DNA of 64,000 nucleotides. Source: Eledone cirrhosa. Its lineage: Eukaryota. Below, in pieces: positions 13,606 to 29,035 of this stretch. Position 1 is the stretch's first letter. Each line of letters opens with the position of its first letter. Under the pieces are notes generated by a model. That model saw nothing but the letters and a program-made list of their open reading frames with translations. It searched no databases and was not told the origin of the DNA. Location: the NCBI GenBank assembly GCA_964016885.1, contig OZ024741.1, forward strand, positions 90,768,001 through 90,832,000. Reading direction: 5' to 3'. Both the position numbers and the translations under genes were made by a program.

Positions 13606-15700
13606 AACTGATCTTGTGGGAATTTATATCACCCACAGACTACAAGGAAAATTCAAGGATCTCCACGGTGGACTCTACCGTGACGATGCGCTCCTATTAG
13701 TTAAGCATATGAATAACCAGAATTTAGAAATGATGCGTAAAAATATTAGAAAGCTCTTTAAGGAACTAGGATTAAATATTACGTTTGAATATAACCTCAA
13801 AGAGCTTAATTTCCTTGATGTTACTTTGAATCTCAATACAGAAACGATTAAACCGTTCCATAAACTAAATGAGAACCTTAAATATGTAAATACGGGTTCT
13901 AACCATCCACCCTCTATAATTAAATCCATCCCTAGAAATATTTCCCTTAGAATCTCCCGCCTGTCGTCCAACCAGCAAACCTTCAAAGAACATGCCGAAT
14001 ATTATGATGATGCACTTAGGAAGGCTGGACACCTAGATAATATAGAGTATATAGTCGACGATCACCAAAACACCCAAAATAAATCTCATAGAGGTAGAAA
14101 TAGCATAGAATCACCACCATACATACACTACCGCAATAGACACACTAATAGTTGCACACCACCAAACAGAAGGCGATGTAAAGAGTATATATGGTACAAC
14201 CCGGTCTATAACAACTCTATTAAAACCAATCTTCCCTCACAATTCTTTCGATTAGTTAAAAAACATTTTCCAACATCACATAAATATAATATCTTAAACC
14301 CTAACACTATTCGACTTTCATATTCAACCGCCCCTAATATTGAACAACATATAAAAAAGCTTAACGCAAAACGGTTGTATAAACGCCTTCCTACACATAA
14401 CAATACACGTAAAACATCGGCTATAACATCACAAAACAACAAACAACATTCCGTCCTGCCTAAGCGACCTCATCAACCCATCCATGGTAATACAACAACA
14501 CAAAATTATAACTGTAACTGTGTCCAACCAGGAATGTGTCCGTTGAACAATCAGTGTCTTGAACGCAACATCATATACAAATATACTATCGATCGGGTAG
14601 CCAGAAGTGGTACTATGTGGGGTCTACAGCTACCTCCTTCAAATCTCGCCTTTATAGACATCGTTACTCGATAAAACATGAAAACCAGCGTTATGTAACA
14701 ACACTCGCAGACAAGGCTTGGCAGCTGCACGAAAATAACCAACAATTTAACCTAAAATGGGATATAATAGTAGTTGCCCATGCATATCCCCACGGACAGG
14801 AATTTTGTAATTGTGTAATATGGAATTATTTTGTATTATGAAATCCAAAAATATTTTATTAAATAACAGAATAGAGCGATCGTTATACTGTAACCATCGC
14901 TTGAAATCTACATTTTCATATTACAAACGCTACCAGGATTGAACGCCTGTCTCCATCTCCGTTTGACTGTCAAAATACATATTAACATTCTCTATTAGTC
15001 TTAATTCTATCAACTCTTCTATTCTTTACCATTTAATATAAACTGCTATAGATAAAATGAGATTTCTTAATTCAATTCCCTAATGCATATACCAGCAGGC
15101 TACCAGCATTGTTGTTATACAGTAGCAGTGAAAATCTCCCTCTTCCTTACTTGACACTTTATACCTGTATTAATACTACTACACCAAACGACCAGCCCTG
15201 TCCATTGTTCAATTGGTCAAATATAGATTAAAATAGGCACTCCCAAACATTCTTATTGAGATAAAATAAGCCATACACTCATTGTATTCTCATTAAAAAC
15301 CTTTTATATACTTCTTTACAAGTAAATTGAATTACCATCTGTCATATACTATCCCCTCTCTTCTTCCTTTCTTACAACTAATATGAATACTTCAATTTTT
15401 TTGATTTTTTCCAATTTATCCAATATCTCTGAAGAAGTGACAACTGATTATACATTTGCTATCGAATACTTGCTAACATTATATGATTACGCAAGCAGCG
15501 ATACATAGGTATTCTGTCTGTTACAGAAACATATGTCAATACCTAATAAATTCCTTTATGAAAGCACTTTCATTTTATATTCATCTTTTCTACATTTTCT
15601 CCGGAATATAATTTATACTCGTTGAGCAAACCTACACGTACACTGTTCATCTCTAACGTGACGATATATTATCACCACATTATTGATAACTTGAAATTTT
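13606..15700 (+). mobile_element. 5'-truncated Penelope-like retroelement (RT C-terminus, GIY-YIG, 3' UTR/pLTR)
   Basis: GGLYRDD, NFLDVTLNL, YVNTGSNHPPSIIKSIP, IWYNPVY, IRLSYS..PN, CNC..CPLNNQCL..NIIYK. After a frameshift near 14600: GSTATSFKSRLYRH..TTLA..W. Confidence 0.93.
15422..15541 (+). ncRNA. Possible hammerhead ribozyme with extended stem II in the Penelope 3' region
   Basis: CTGAAGA agtgaca..(long insert)..tgttaca GAAAC atat GTC aata; palindromic ACATATGT; stem I weak. Confidence 0.55.
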
Positions 15701-15722
15701 ATATATATTTATATATATATAC

Positions 15723-15777
<55 letters not shown>

Positions 15778-15832
15778 CATATATATATACATATATATAT
15801 ATATACATATATATATATACATATATATATAC

Positions 15833-15955
<123 letters not shown>

Positions 15956-16147
15956 TAAACGGAATAGAAAATGGTGACACATTGTTCACAGTGAAAAATA
16001 GTTTAATTAGGAATAAGTGATAATTAGTAATAGTATTGGTTAGTATTAAGTTTTGGTTTTAAGTTTTTACCGGTTGCGCATTTCTAATGCTTTTCAAAAA
16101 TAATTTGAGATAGAGCGTCCGTGATGTTTGCTCTGATCTCTATATAT

Positions 16148-16240
<93 letters not shown>

Positions 16241-16244
16241 CAAG

Positions 16245-18512
16245 CATACAATATCCTGCTTATTTTGGGGGACTTCAATGCACATCTGAGTAAGGGGGGC
16301 AGTGAAGATCCTTGCTGGTACTTCCATAAAAACACCAACCGAAATGGAAGACTACTGAGAGACACCCTGCTAGAGGCGAACTTGATAGCGACCAACCTAA
16401 GGTTTAGGAAGAATCTGGGGAAGATGTGGACATACATCTCAGATATGCACCTGTCCAAGTCCCAGATTGATTTCATTCTGGTGAGGAAAAAGTGGCGGAA
16501 TAGTGTTCTGAACACAGAACCATACAACTATTTCAGTACACTGGGTAGTGACCACCGGCTTGTTATGAGTGAGGTCCGGGTGAGCTTAAGGAAGAGCAAG
16601 GCTCGGCCCCGGAGAGCAATCTATGACTGGGGAGCTTTCAAGGAAGATGATAAGCTACAGGAGAGGTTAACAGTGGAAGTGAGAAACAGGTTTAGTACTC
16701 TGTGTGGAGAGTCAGAGGAGAGAGAGATTGGATGGACTGAGGAGAGTGTGACGAGGAGGTACGGGCACTTCACCAATGCAGTGGTGGAAGCAAGTGAAAC
16801 CCTGGTGCCGAGGAAAAAGAACAAACAGAAGCACGTCAGCTCTGCAAACCCAAAAGTGTGTGCAGCCAGAGAACACCTGAAAGCTGCCAAGGACCAATTC
16901 TATGCTGATCCTACGGAGGAGAGGATGGAGACTGTGGAGGTGATGAGGGAAGAACTCTGTACCGCTTACACTGAGGTCAGAGAGGAGGCACTGATAGAGA
17001 AGATCAGAAGTGTGGAGAGAGCGGTTGACAGATCTGGATGTAAGGAGAGCTGGATGATCATCAACGAGATCACAGGGAGGAAGAGAAGGTGTTCGAGTCA
17101 GATCCAGGGAACGGGGCCCGATGATAGGAAGAGGGAATGGCTAGACCATTTTAGGACCCTACTAGGAGAGCCACCCTCCACAGCCCAGAGCACTGGGGAG
17201 ATCAGGCGGCTGTTTGAGGAACTGGATGTTGAGACAGAGCCCTTCACCAGAGAGGAGCTTCAGAGAGTCAAGAAGAGGATCAAGGAGGGCAAGGCTCATG
17301 GAGAAGATGGAGTGGCATCAGAGGTGATGAAGAGGTGTGATTTTGATTATATCATCCTGGGGTTCTGTAACCGGGCACTGGAGAAAGGAGTTGCCCCGAA
17401 TCAGTGGAGGATCAGTAACATCGTCCCAGTGACAAAGAAGGGAGATCGCTGTAACACCAACAACTACAGGGGGATCTCACTGACGTCACTTGTGGCAAAG
17501 ACCCTCAACAGGATGATTCTTAACAGGATCCAGCCTGAGTGGAGAAGAAGCTCAGGGACAACCAGAACGGCTCATTACACCTGATGGGATGACAGAGTTC
17601 TTTGAGATACTGGCTGGAGTGCTCCAGGGAGATACATTGGCTCCCTACCTTTTTATCATCGTAGTGGACTATTGTATGCGCCTTGCACTGGAGAAACACC
17701 AGGACTCTGGCTTTACTGTAGCACCGGCTCAGAGCAGAAGAGTTAGGGCGAAAAAGGTATCGGATGCTGAATTTGACAACGACATAGTTTTGGTGACAAA
17801 TACAGTGAAGGAGGCAGAGGATTTGATGCGGGAGGTTGAGACTGTGTCGATGAGTGTGGGGCTGAGAATGAATGAGACTAAAACAAAATATCTGGTAGAG
17901 AATGTTGAGAAGCCAAAGGGGATCACTAATGTAGGCGGGAAGCCGCTAGAATTGGTTGAGGGCTTCCTGTATTTGGGAGCAAAGATTGGGAATACGGAAG
18001 ATGATGTGGTTGAGAGGAAGGGCAAAGCCTGGGCGGCGTGCCACAGCTTGAGATCGGTGTGGAAGTCGGACCTGAAAATCCGCCTCTTCATTGCTGTAGT
18101 GGAGTCTGTGCTGCTGTATGGGTCTGAGACTTGGAAACTGACCAAGAAACTCACTCAGATTGTGGATGGGTGCTACACGAGAATGCTGAGGATGGCTCTG
18201 AACATTAATCAGTATACACTGAGGATGAAAAACTCAGAGCTGTATGGGAGCATCCCAAAAGTCAGGTCAAAAGTGACACAGAGGAGACTGAGGTTAGCTG
18301 GACATGCTCACCGACATCCAGAGTTGACATTGCACTCAGTGCTCCTTTGGGAGCCCCTACACAATAGAAGAGGAAGACCAAAGTTAACGTATGTTGATGC
18401 CCTAAGGACAGACACTGCTCTGTTGGAGACGCAGGACATGGCAGCGATAATAAAGGACAGAGACCGCTGGAGAGAACTCGTCCATGGATCTCGGGAATTT
18501 TACCCGCCTTAG
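16245..18512 (+). mobile_element. RTE-clade LINE, 5'-truncated with an internal deletion (APE endonuclease plus RT)
   Basis: GDFNAH, SQIDFILVRKKW, SDHRLV, NIVPVTKKGD..NYRGISL; then GVLQGDTLAPYLF, degenerate DAEFDND, FLYLG, VESVLLYGSETW, RRLRLAGH. Flanked by (TAT)n and (TA)n. Confidence 0.93.
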
Positions 18513-18559
18513 AATATATAAATATATATACATATATATATATACATATATATATATAC

Positions 18560-18596
<37 letters not shown>

Positions 18597-18686
18597 CATA
18601 TACCTACCCCCCACTCTCCTGAGCGTGAAATTAATAAACATTTATTGTACTGCCTCTCTGTTTTGTCCCTGTTCAAATTTTTCCAT

Positions 18687-18720
<34 letters not shown>

Positions 18721-19060
18721 TTAGTTTTGCGAGATTTGTTATATGAAATCGTGTGTCGAAACAAATATTGTTATACTTGGGGAGGGTCATATTTGTGTAA
18801 TAATAATATTGCCAGAATTAATAACAGAACACACTCACTGTTTGGTTGGTTTTCGCTTCTGTGTCGTTTATATCGGTTAATTTAATTTATTCGGTCCGCA
18901 ATGGTACCATTGACTGATCAACGGTCAAAAATACATATAGACACAAACACATATATATAGTCTAACAATGTTCTTTCGTTGCACATCTGCAACATCGTCA
19001 GTGGTTCTATTATGTTTCCTCCCGTTGTATTGTATGCCTACGCCATCTTTATTTAGTCTG

Positions 19061-19091
<31 letters not shown>

Positions 19092-19171
19092 TGTCATCTC
19101 TGCGCATGCGTTTGCGTGTGTGTACAGTGTTTTGTTTGATGTGTGTTCGTGTGGGTGTGTATTGGTTATTG

Positions 19172-19586
<415 letters not shown>

Positions 19587-19587
19587 C

Positions 19588-19717
<130 letters not shown>

Positions 19718-19868
19718 ATATATTTTGAGTTTATGTTGGTTGTATACCAACACCTCAGTATGCAGGCTGGAGCACTCGACGAAGTGCGCAGGTTGGTTTG
19801 GTTACTCCGGAGTAGTGTAAAATAAAGTTAAATAAAAACCAAATGATTAAAATTTAGCTTCGTTTATT

Positions 19869-19923
19869 ACTGCTATATATATTTCAGTGACAGCCATCTT
19901 TGGCTGTGACCTCTTCAGGCAGT
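19869..19923 (-). ncRNA. Type I hammerhead ribozyme
   Basis: Minus strand: actgc CTGAAGA ggt-c-acagcca aaga tggctgt-c-act GAAA tatata TA gcagt. Confidence 0.85.
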
Positions 19924-20538
19924 TTGAATTAGTATGGTATAGACAAGTACATATGTTGTTTAGGTGTATGATATTGTCAATACTCTGATATGCCCAGTTC
20001 CTTGTTGGGTTGTTAATTCACTGGGGAACTGGAGTCATATGAATTCAAACAAACGAATTTTAGTGTCACAGGTCCCCTTCTCCTCTCATTGGTCAGTTAT
20101 TAGTGTTGTCATTGTTGGAGTTAGCTTAAAAATTGCTAAAATGGTAGAAGGGACAAGGTGTTGAAGGAACGAACAATAGCAGGCATAAATACTACAGGCA
20201 GCCTCACCCCAGAAAGAATTCTATAGACTTCTGACTGAGGAATGCTCTCAGAACTGAACAATGGGAAGTTTGACACATTTTTTGATATTTTGTTCCTTCA
20301 ACACCTTGTCCCTTCTACCATTTTAGCAATTTTTAAGCTAACTCCAACAATGACAACACTAGTAACTGACCAATGAGAGGAGAAGGGGACCTGTGACACT
20401 AAAATTCGTTTGTTTGAATTCATATGACTCCAGTTCCCCAGTGAATTAACAACCCAACAAGGAACTGGGCATATCAGAGTATTGACAATATCATACACCT
20501 AAACAACATATGTACTTGTCTATACCATACTAATTCAA

Positions 20539-20593
20539 ATTGCCTGAAGAGGTCACAGCCAAAGATGGCTGTCACTGAAATATATATAGCAGT
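20539..20593 (+). ncRNA. Type I hammerhead ribozyme
   Basis: attgc CTGAAGA ggtcacagccaaagatggctgtcact GAAA tatata TA gcagt. Confidence 0.85.
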
Positions 20594-20633
20594 AATAAAC
20601 GAAGCTAAATTTTAATCATTTGACTTTTATTTA

Positions 20634-21319
<686 letters not shown>

Positions 21320-21324
21320 TATAC

Positions 21325-21521
<197 letters not shown>

Positions 21522-21524
21522 CAT

Positions 21525-21679
<155 letters not shown>

Positions 21680-21704
21680 CATATATATATATATATACAT
21701 ATAC

Positions 21705-21760
<56 letters not shown>

Positions 21761-21905
21761 TTTGAGTTTATGTTGGTTGTATACCAACACCTCAGTATGC
21801 AGGCTGGAGCACTCGACGAAGTGCGCAGGTTGGTTTGGTTACTCCGGAGTAGTGTAAAATAAAGTTAAATAAAAGTCAAATGATTAAAATTTAGCTTCGT
21901 TTATT

Positions 21906-21960
21906 ACTGCTATATATATTTCAGTGACAGCCATCTTTGGCTGTGACCTCTTCAGGCAGT
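21906..21960 (-). ncRNA. Type I hammerhead ribozyme
   Basis: Same motif as 19869-19923. Confidence 0.85.
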
Positions 21961-22575
21961 TTGAATTAGTATGGTATAGACAAGTACATATGTTGTTTAG
22001 GTGTATGATATTGTCAATACTCTGATATGCCCAGTTCCTTGTTGGGTTGTTAATTCACTGGGGAACTGGAGTCATATGAATTCAAACAAACGAATTTTAG
22101 TGTCACAGGTCCCCTTCTCCTCTCATTGGTCAGTTATTAGTGTTGTCATTGTTGGAGTTAGCTTAAAAATTGCTAAAATGGTAGAAGGGACAAGGTGTTG
22201 ATGGAACGAACAATAGCAGGCATAAACACTACAGGGAGCCTCACCCCAGAAAGAATTCTATAGACTTCTGACTGAGGAATGCTCTCAGAACTGAACAATG
22301 GGAAGTTTGACACATTTTTTGATATTTTGTTCCTTCAACACCTTGTCCCTTCTACCATTTTAGCAATTTTTAAGCTAACTCCAACAATGACAACACTAAT
22401 AACTGACCAATGAGAGGAGAAGGGGACCTGTGACACTAAAATTCGTTTGTTTGAATTCATATGACTCCAGTTCCCCAGTGAATTAACAACCCAACAAGGA
22501 ACTGGGCATATCAGAGTATTGACAATATCATACACCTAAACAACATATGTACTTGTCTATACCATACTAATTCAA

Positions 22576-22630
22576 ACTGCCTGAAGAGGTCACAGCCAAA
22601 GATGGCTGTCACTGAAATATATATAGCAGT
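22576..22630 (+). ncRNA. Type I hammerhead ribozyme
   Basis: actgc CTGAAGA ggtcacagccaaagatggctgtcact GAAA tatata TA gcagt. Confidence 0.85.
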
Positions 22631-22670
22631 AATAAACGAAGCTAAATTTTAATCATTTGACTTTTATTTA

Positions 22671-22836
<166 letters not shown>

Positions 22837-22843
22837 TATATAC

Positions 22844-23054
<211 letters not shown>

Positions 23055-23087
23055 CATACATATATATATAGTACATTTGCGAAATCA

Positions 23088-23180
23088 TGTGGCTGAGTGG
23101 CTAGAGAATTGGATCCACAATCGTGAAGTTGTGTGTTCGACTCCTGAACCGGGCGATGCGTTATGTCCTGTAGCATCTTT
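23088..23180 (+). mobile_element. tRNA-derived SINE head, family C
   Basis: A box tggctgagtgg and B box gttcgactcc. Confidence 0.65.
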
Positions 23181-23329
23181 GTACCGTGTATGAACATAAA
23201 TAAATAATAATATACTGTTTCTGCTTTCTTCCTAATTGACCTCTGTTTTCCTTTTTCCTTTTCATTCCTACGGATACTGCTACATATACACACACATACA
23301 CATATATATATATATATGTGTGTGTCCAC

Positions 23330-23890
23330 AGTAAGTAAACAGAATTAACAAAGCAAACTACTCAAAACAATGAACAACATTAGTTTAATGCTTGATATAT
23401 TAGAAGAGTCTTAAAGTTTCGGACAGCAGTCCTTCATCAGAAGATGGAATGAGAAATAAAAGATGAAATAGAAAGAGAGAAAGTGAGAAGAGGCAGGGAG
23501 GTGTATAAATCCGTATATTAAATTCTGCGTATACGTACATATACACATACGTAGAAACAGTCACACAACTTTAAAGGGGTGGTGAATATGATCGTGGCCC
23601 TATATATTTTATTTCGTGGCATGAGACACTGAGGTTTTGAGTAATCTGGTTGGGGGAACAGAGGTTACGCCCAAGTGTTGGAGGAATCGGTTCGCCATAC
23701 AGCATCTTGTTTGTCTGATGTATATGGACCTGCAGATGGAATACCGGAGGGAATATACGACGTTGGTAGAGGTGCAGGTGAAGGTGTAACGAATGCGAAA
23801 TGAATGGTTCGTACTTGTGAGGGTGCTGAAATTCGTTATGTAGGGACAGGTATTACAGCGGAAGCGAGGGCAGGGACAAGAGCCAGGTGG
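23330..23890 (-). mobile_element. Penelope-like GIY-YIG fragment with 3' hammerhead region
   Basis: PGSCPCPRFRCNTCPYI..FTCTSTNVVYSLRYSICRSIYIRQT..NRFLQHL. Confidence 0.8.
23409..23444 (-). ncRNA. Minimal hammerhead ribozyme motif
   Basis: Minus strand: tctt CTGATGA a-ggac tgct gtcc GAAAC tt TA aga; lies 3' of a Penelope GIY-YIG fragment. Confidence 0.65.
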
Positions 23891-24619
23891 AGTTTTAGCG
23901 GAAAAGTTGGTATTCGATCCAGCTCTCTGCAATCCGAGTTCAAATCATCTTATCATCAAATTTGCCTTTAAGCATTCCGGTGTTGTTAAATAAATTACCG
24001 GTTCAGTATCGGTTCAAAGTGTCATAAGTAAATGATAGAATTTTAGTAGACAGCATAGACAAATAAATGCGTGAGTCTAGGATATTATAGATCACAGACA
24101 GGATTATTACAGAAATTGAATTGAACTTTCTCATGGCATTAGCTCCGTACTTGCTAAGTACAAGAAGAGTTGACAATAGGAAAGACATTATCTTATTCCT
24201 CTTAGTCAACGCAGTAAAAGTATTTCCCATGAATATTAAGATAATTAACTGAAGGGCAGAAAATATCATTAGCGTCTGTATATCTCGAACAATTAAATAT
24301 CAGAAATTTGTCGAAGATTCTCGCTGGGACCGGTTAAGTCGGTTACAACAACGAATTCTACTAAGTATCTACATCTATTTTTAGTACAGAAATTAATTTC
24401 AACTAAAATTACTACAATCATACCATATGTATGTATGCTAAAACCACATTCGATCGCAGCGGTGTTAATTGCTATCGTGTGTGTGTATAGTATGTTTGTG
24501 TGTGTGCGCGTGTGTGTATATATATATATGCATATTATTATTGTTGTTGTTGTTGTTGTTGTTATTATTATTGTTGTTATTATTATTATTATTGTTATTA
24601 TTATGTTTTTTTTCTCGTG

Positions 24620-25240
24620 CAATGGCCATACTCGATAACGAGGGGGCAGCCATCATCATGTATGTATGTATGTATGTATGTATGTATGTATGTATGTCGG
24701 GTCACTCTTGAGTGCTACTGGTAACATGTAACCCAGTACAACCTGTCGCATGGTCGGGTCGTTGGTGACTAAACCAGCAACCCCACCAAGTTTACTTGGT
24801 GAGGAGGGTGATTTTGGACACCATGCAGTACAAAAGCAAAACCTGACAAAGGGCGGAAGAACTCACAAGAGTCAACGGACATCCAAAAGTGTGTAAATAT
24901 GTATATACACATGTACCGCGTGGCTAAACCACTGGGAGTGAAGGACCCCTAGCGTTTGTCAGGGCATTCTTCTAGGAGAAGGCAACTCAGGAAACTGGGA
25001 TAACTCCGATATAAAACCTGCGGCTCAGTAGTTTCCGATGATGTTGATCTTTTCTTCTTTTCGGGTTATAGCTACTGTCGCTCAGAGAGTAGGATTGGCT
25101 CAGTGCACAGTCTTTCCTCACTTTAAAAAATAACTTCACGCACAGGCATTGCACGATAGAATTAATTAATAATTATTAATAATGGTATATCGTCCAATGG
25201 CCATACTCGATAACGAGGAGGCAGCCATCATGTATGTATG
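24620..25240 (+). mobile_element. Non-autonomous, probably RTE-related short retroelement with (TATG)n tail and a duplicated 3' end
   Basis: caatggccatactcgataacgagg.ggcagccatcat + tatg repeats at 24620 and 25195. Internal tctaggagaaggcaactc resembles RTE 5' UTR motifs. Confidence 0.5.
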
Positions 25241-25489
25241 TTCGTTCGTTCTGGATTTATAATTTCACAAATTTTTGCCAATAGAGAGAGAGAGTTGGTT
25301 TCTAACATAGATACAAGACCCTCTCAATCGAATTTACACAACATCGAACGTTCGGATCTAGCTGTCGAAACGGCCGGAGCTCAGCCATCGGGCTCCTGAC
25401 TCTTTTCCTATTACCCACTCTACTACCCAAACTATCGAGTACTTTGGTGCGTTATGGTCCACGCCTGGTCCTTTACCACACTTCCTCCG

Positions 25490-25529
<40 letters not shown>

Positions 25530-25531
<2 letters not shown>

Positions 25532-25825
25532 CATCTCAGTCGATTTCCGATGACCAGCAGGACAGTCTGCTCGATAAATTAACGAGTAAATGACTGAGCA
25601 TTCCACATATACGTACACGTACTCTTCACGTAGTTATCAGAGAGATTAAGCATGATAGTGTGGGATAAACCTAACTGTTTTAATCTGAGGTGCGATTATC
25701 TTTTGTCAGATTAGTTGAACTGAACAGCCTGAAAATAATTCTTGTTCAAGGACCATAACACGTCCTCGGAAATCGAACTCACGATGTTACGATCGTGAGC
25801 CGAACACCTCAACCACTAAACCATT
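25530..25825 (-). mobile_element. tRNA-derived SINE, family C
   Basis: Minus strand tggtttagtggttgagg..gtgagttcgatttccgagg; homologous to 33300-33590 and 58110-58395. Confidence 0.7.
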
Positions 25826-25826
25826 C

Positions 25827-26059
<233 letters not shown>

Positions 26060-26074
26060 CTCAATATTGATAAG

Positions 26075-26800
26075 TGTTGCCATATGGCAGTGTGTACACC
26101 TTATAACCCAGCTCTTACCTTCAACGGTGGCACTGCTTCTTTGAAGGAGGTTGAGGAGACTAAAGATCTTGGTCTGCTGGTCGACTCGTCCTTCAAACCA
26201 TCAAAACATTGCATTCAAGCCGCAAACAAGGCAAAGAGCTCTCTTTTTCTTATTCGACGCTCCTTTGCCAAACTCACTCCAGAAATGTTCAGTCCTCTCT
26301 ATGTCGCCCTCGTGAGACCGCACCTAGAATATGGCATCCAAGCATCAAACCCATATCTCATCCGGGATATCCATCACTTGGAGAGAGTTCAACGACTAGC
26401 GACTCGAATGGTACAGGATCTTCATGAGCTGCCCTACGAAAGCCGGCTGCAGAAGCTGAACCTCGTCTCCTTGGAGCGTCGACAGCTACGAGGCGATCTC
26501 ATTTTGGCTTACAATCTCTTCAATGGCCATTACGATCTCCCTCAAGATCTCCTATTCACTCCGGCACTTGAAGGGGGTCTACGTGGACATGACAAAAAGC
26601 TGTTTCACCGCCGCTTTCGCCTAAATAGATTGAAAGCTGCTTTCTCGATCCGCATCTCTGGACCCTGGAATCGGCTTCAGGAAGAAGTAGTCAACGCGCC
26701 AACCACGCAACAATTCAAGGCGAAATTGGACCGGTGTTGGACCAATGTAATTTCCGACTGTGTAAATGTTTCCCCCCTCCCCTCCTTACATGGCATCTGA
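26075..26800 (+). mobile_element. CR1-clade LINE 3' fragment (RT C-terminus)
   Basis: KDLGLLVDS..LYVALVRPHLEYG..LERVQRLATRMV..YESRLQKLNL.SLERR.LRGDLI..GH..KL..FS.RI...WNRL..EVV.A....FK.KLD. Confidence 0.9.
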
Positions 26801-26921
26801 AACATCTATGCTTTATTTTCTGCCAAATATATTGAATTGAATATTGAATTGAATGAATATATGTACATACACACATATATACATACTCACAAGTATGTAT
26901 GTATATTTGTACGTTATACAT

Positions 26922-26960
<39 letters not shown>

Positions 26961-28754
26961 CATACATACATACATACATACGTATATATATATGTATGTA
27001 TTCAAAATAGGGGGTGTACAACACAAAGACTATAGGAAAAAAACGGACAATCCCATCTCCTCAGTCAACCACTACGGTTTCAGTGCACATTCATTCTAGT
27101 GCACATTGGGACATAACAAAACAAATAGAGACAAGTTATGCCTTTAGGCAAAATACACAAATATAGAAGAAAAAGCATATATGGCTCAGGATTCCACTCA
27201 CAAGATATTATCAATTCGAGGCTTCAGCAGATCAATACGTCACGGAAACAGATGTTTAGGAAGCATATATCTTTACATGTCATGTCCGTGTCTATATAAA
27301 ACACCGAAGTTGTTACAATATGCATACTAATGCATCCCTAACATTCAAAATAATAGCTTTATGTACTCCCGTTAATAAGGAACCAACGCTATTTTATTCT
27401 ATGTTTTTTTTTGTGAGGTGGGATGTGGGGGTGTGCTTTTTAAATGACACTTTAACTATGACCTATACTAAAAATATAAGTAATAACGTATGCTCTCTTC
27501 TGCTCTTGTGTATCAGTCTCGTGATATGGCGTCTCATCTTTCCCTTTGATCATATGATACTGAAAAATATAATCTTATCAGCATCCTGAGAGAAGCCAAC
27601 GTCCCGGCCAAATTTTTGCCATAGAAGTTAGTCAGAAATATTGTTGGCAAATCTGCCTATAATCTAATGAAACAGTTCTCAATCTCTGGATAGAAGAGAA
27701 TCAAAGCTCTTAAGGTGATAGCAGAGGCAGCGGAGAAAGAGTTCCAGCTGGATTTGGTCGAGGAGAACCCGAAGCAATTTCCATACAGCTTAAATGTCCT
27801 ACACACAAGCCTCCGATACCCACATGGTTAAAAGATGTCAGTAGAGTCTAAGGAGTTAAGAGCCGAAATACGTGCATGAAGAGGATTAGTTCTCTGAAGA
27901 CCTTCTGCTCCCTAGACTTTCTTACTACTTGCGTGTCGTTTACTCAGTATATCTCTTAAAGTTGTTAGCAGAACCTGACTCTGGCTTTTTCAACCCTTCT
28001 CTCTTTTAGACGGTAAGTATTGTATACCCCTTTCTCTTTCTCTATGTCAGCAATGTCAGTTATCTCAGCTTTATTACCTCCTCTATTGTCACCCTTCTCA
28101 CATTCTTTGCGTCACACTGAAATTATTGGCCATGGCAGATGTCACTTGTCCAAGCTGCTGTTCGGTCGGATAAAATGCAGAACTATGTGACTAAGAAACC
28201 ACATAGCCATACTTTATTGTCACGATATTCTCACGTTTTGATTTTACAATGGCAAGAAAATATTCAAATTTGTATGAAAATTAGTTCTGTTTTTATGAAT
28301 AACATTGTCAATACTTCTCACGGAAATGTACTTCGGAGAGAAATTTCTCATATATAAATCTAAATTACATTTTCAATGTTCATCTCTTAACTATAGTATT
28401 TCAATAAATGGCATTCAGTAGAGCTACTTGTTGTTTACACAAATGAACATTATCTGCCGTTATTTCACGAGTTACCGTGGAAGTTTCAAAGTGGTCGCTC
28501 GATGATTGAATAGAAATAACTGCAATAACTCCCATAAATCTACGCTCAGCGGTCTAAAAAATGAAATTACTCATAAAATATATTTATAGGTATATAGTAC
28601 AACATGCCTATAAAAAGATAATGTGGTCAGACCTGAAATGGCTTTCGTCATATATACCTGATTGGGACTCACATGAGGATAGACAATAATAACAACATTA
28701 ACCCCAATACTTCAAAAACTTATTTAATAGTAAGTAGAGTAATATTTACAAGGC

Positions 28755-29035
28755 GCGAACTGACACAATCATTAAGGGAGTCGGCTTAAAAGGGCCTGGG
28801 TACTTTTTCTGACTCACTGCGTTCTTAGTTCAAATCCCACCGTGGTCAACTTTGCCTTGCATCCTTTCGTGGTCGATAAATAAAATATCAGTACTGGATA
28901 CAGTTCTTCCTCCCTTTTTCTCTGGAAGTAATCATGTATGTTCTGGTCTGGAGAGGGATGGGCTCTACCATGTTTTAAATACCGAAGACACGCCGTGCGC
29001 CATGATGACGTCCCGACGACTATCATGAGTTACGG
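28755..29035 (+). mobile_element. tRNA-derived SINE, family A, with extended tail
   Basis: gttcaaatcccaccgtggtcaactttgcc..gtcgataaata, then ctctggaag..agggatgggctc tail. Confidence 0.78.
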
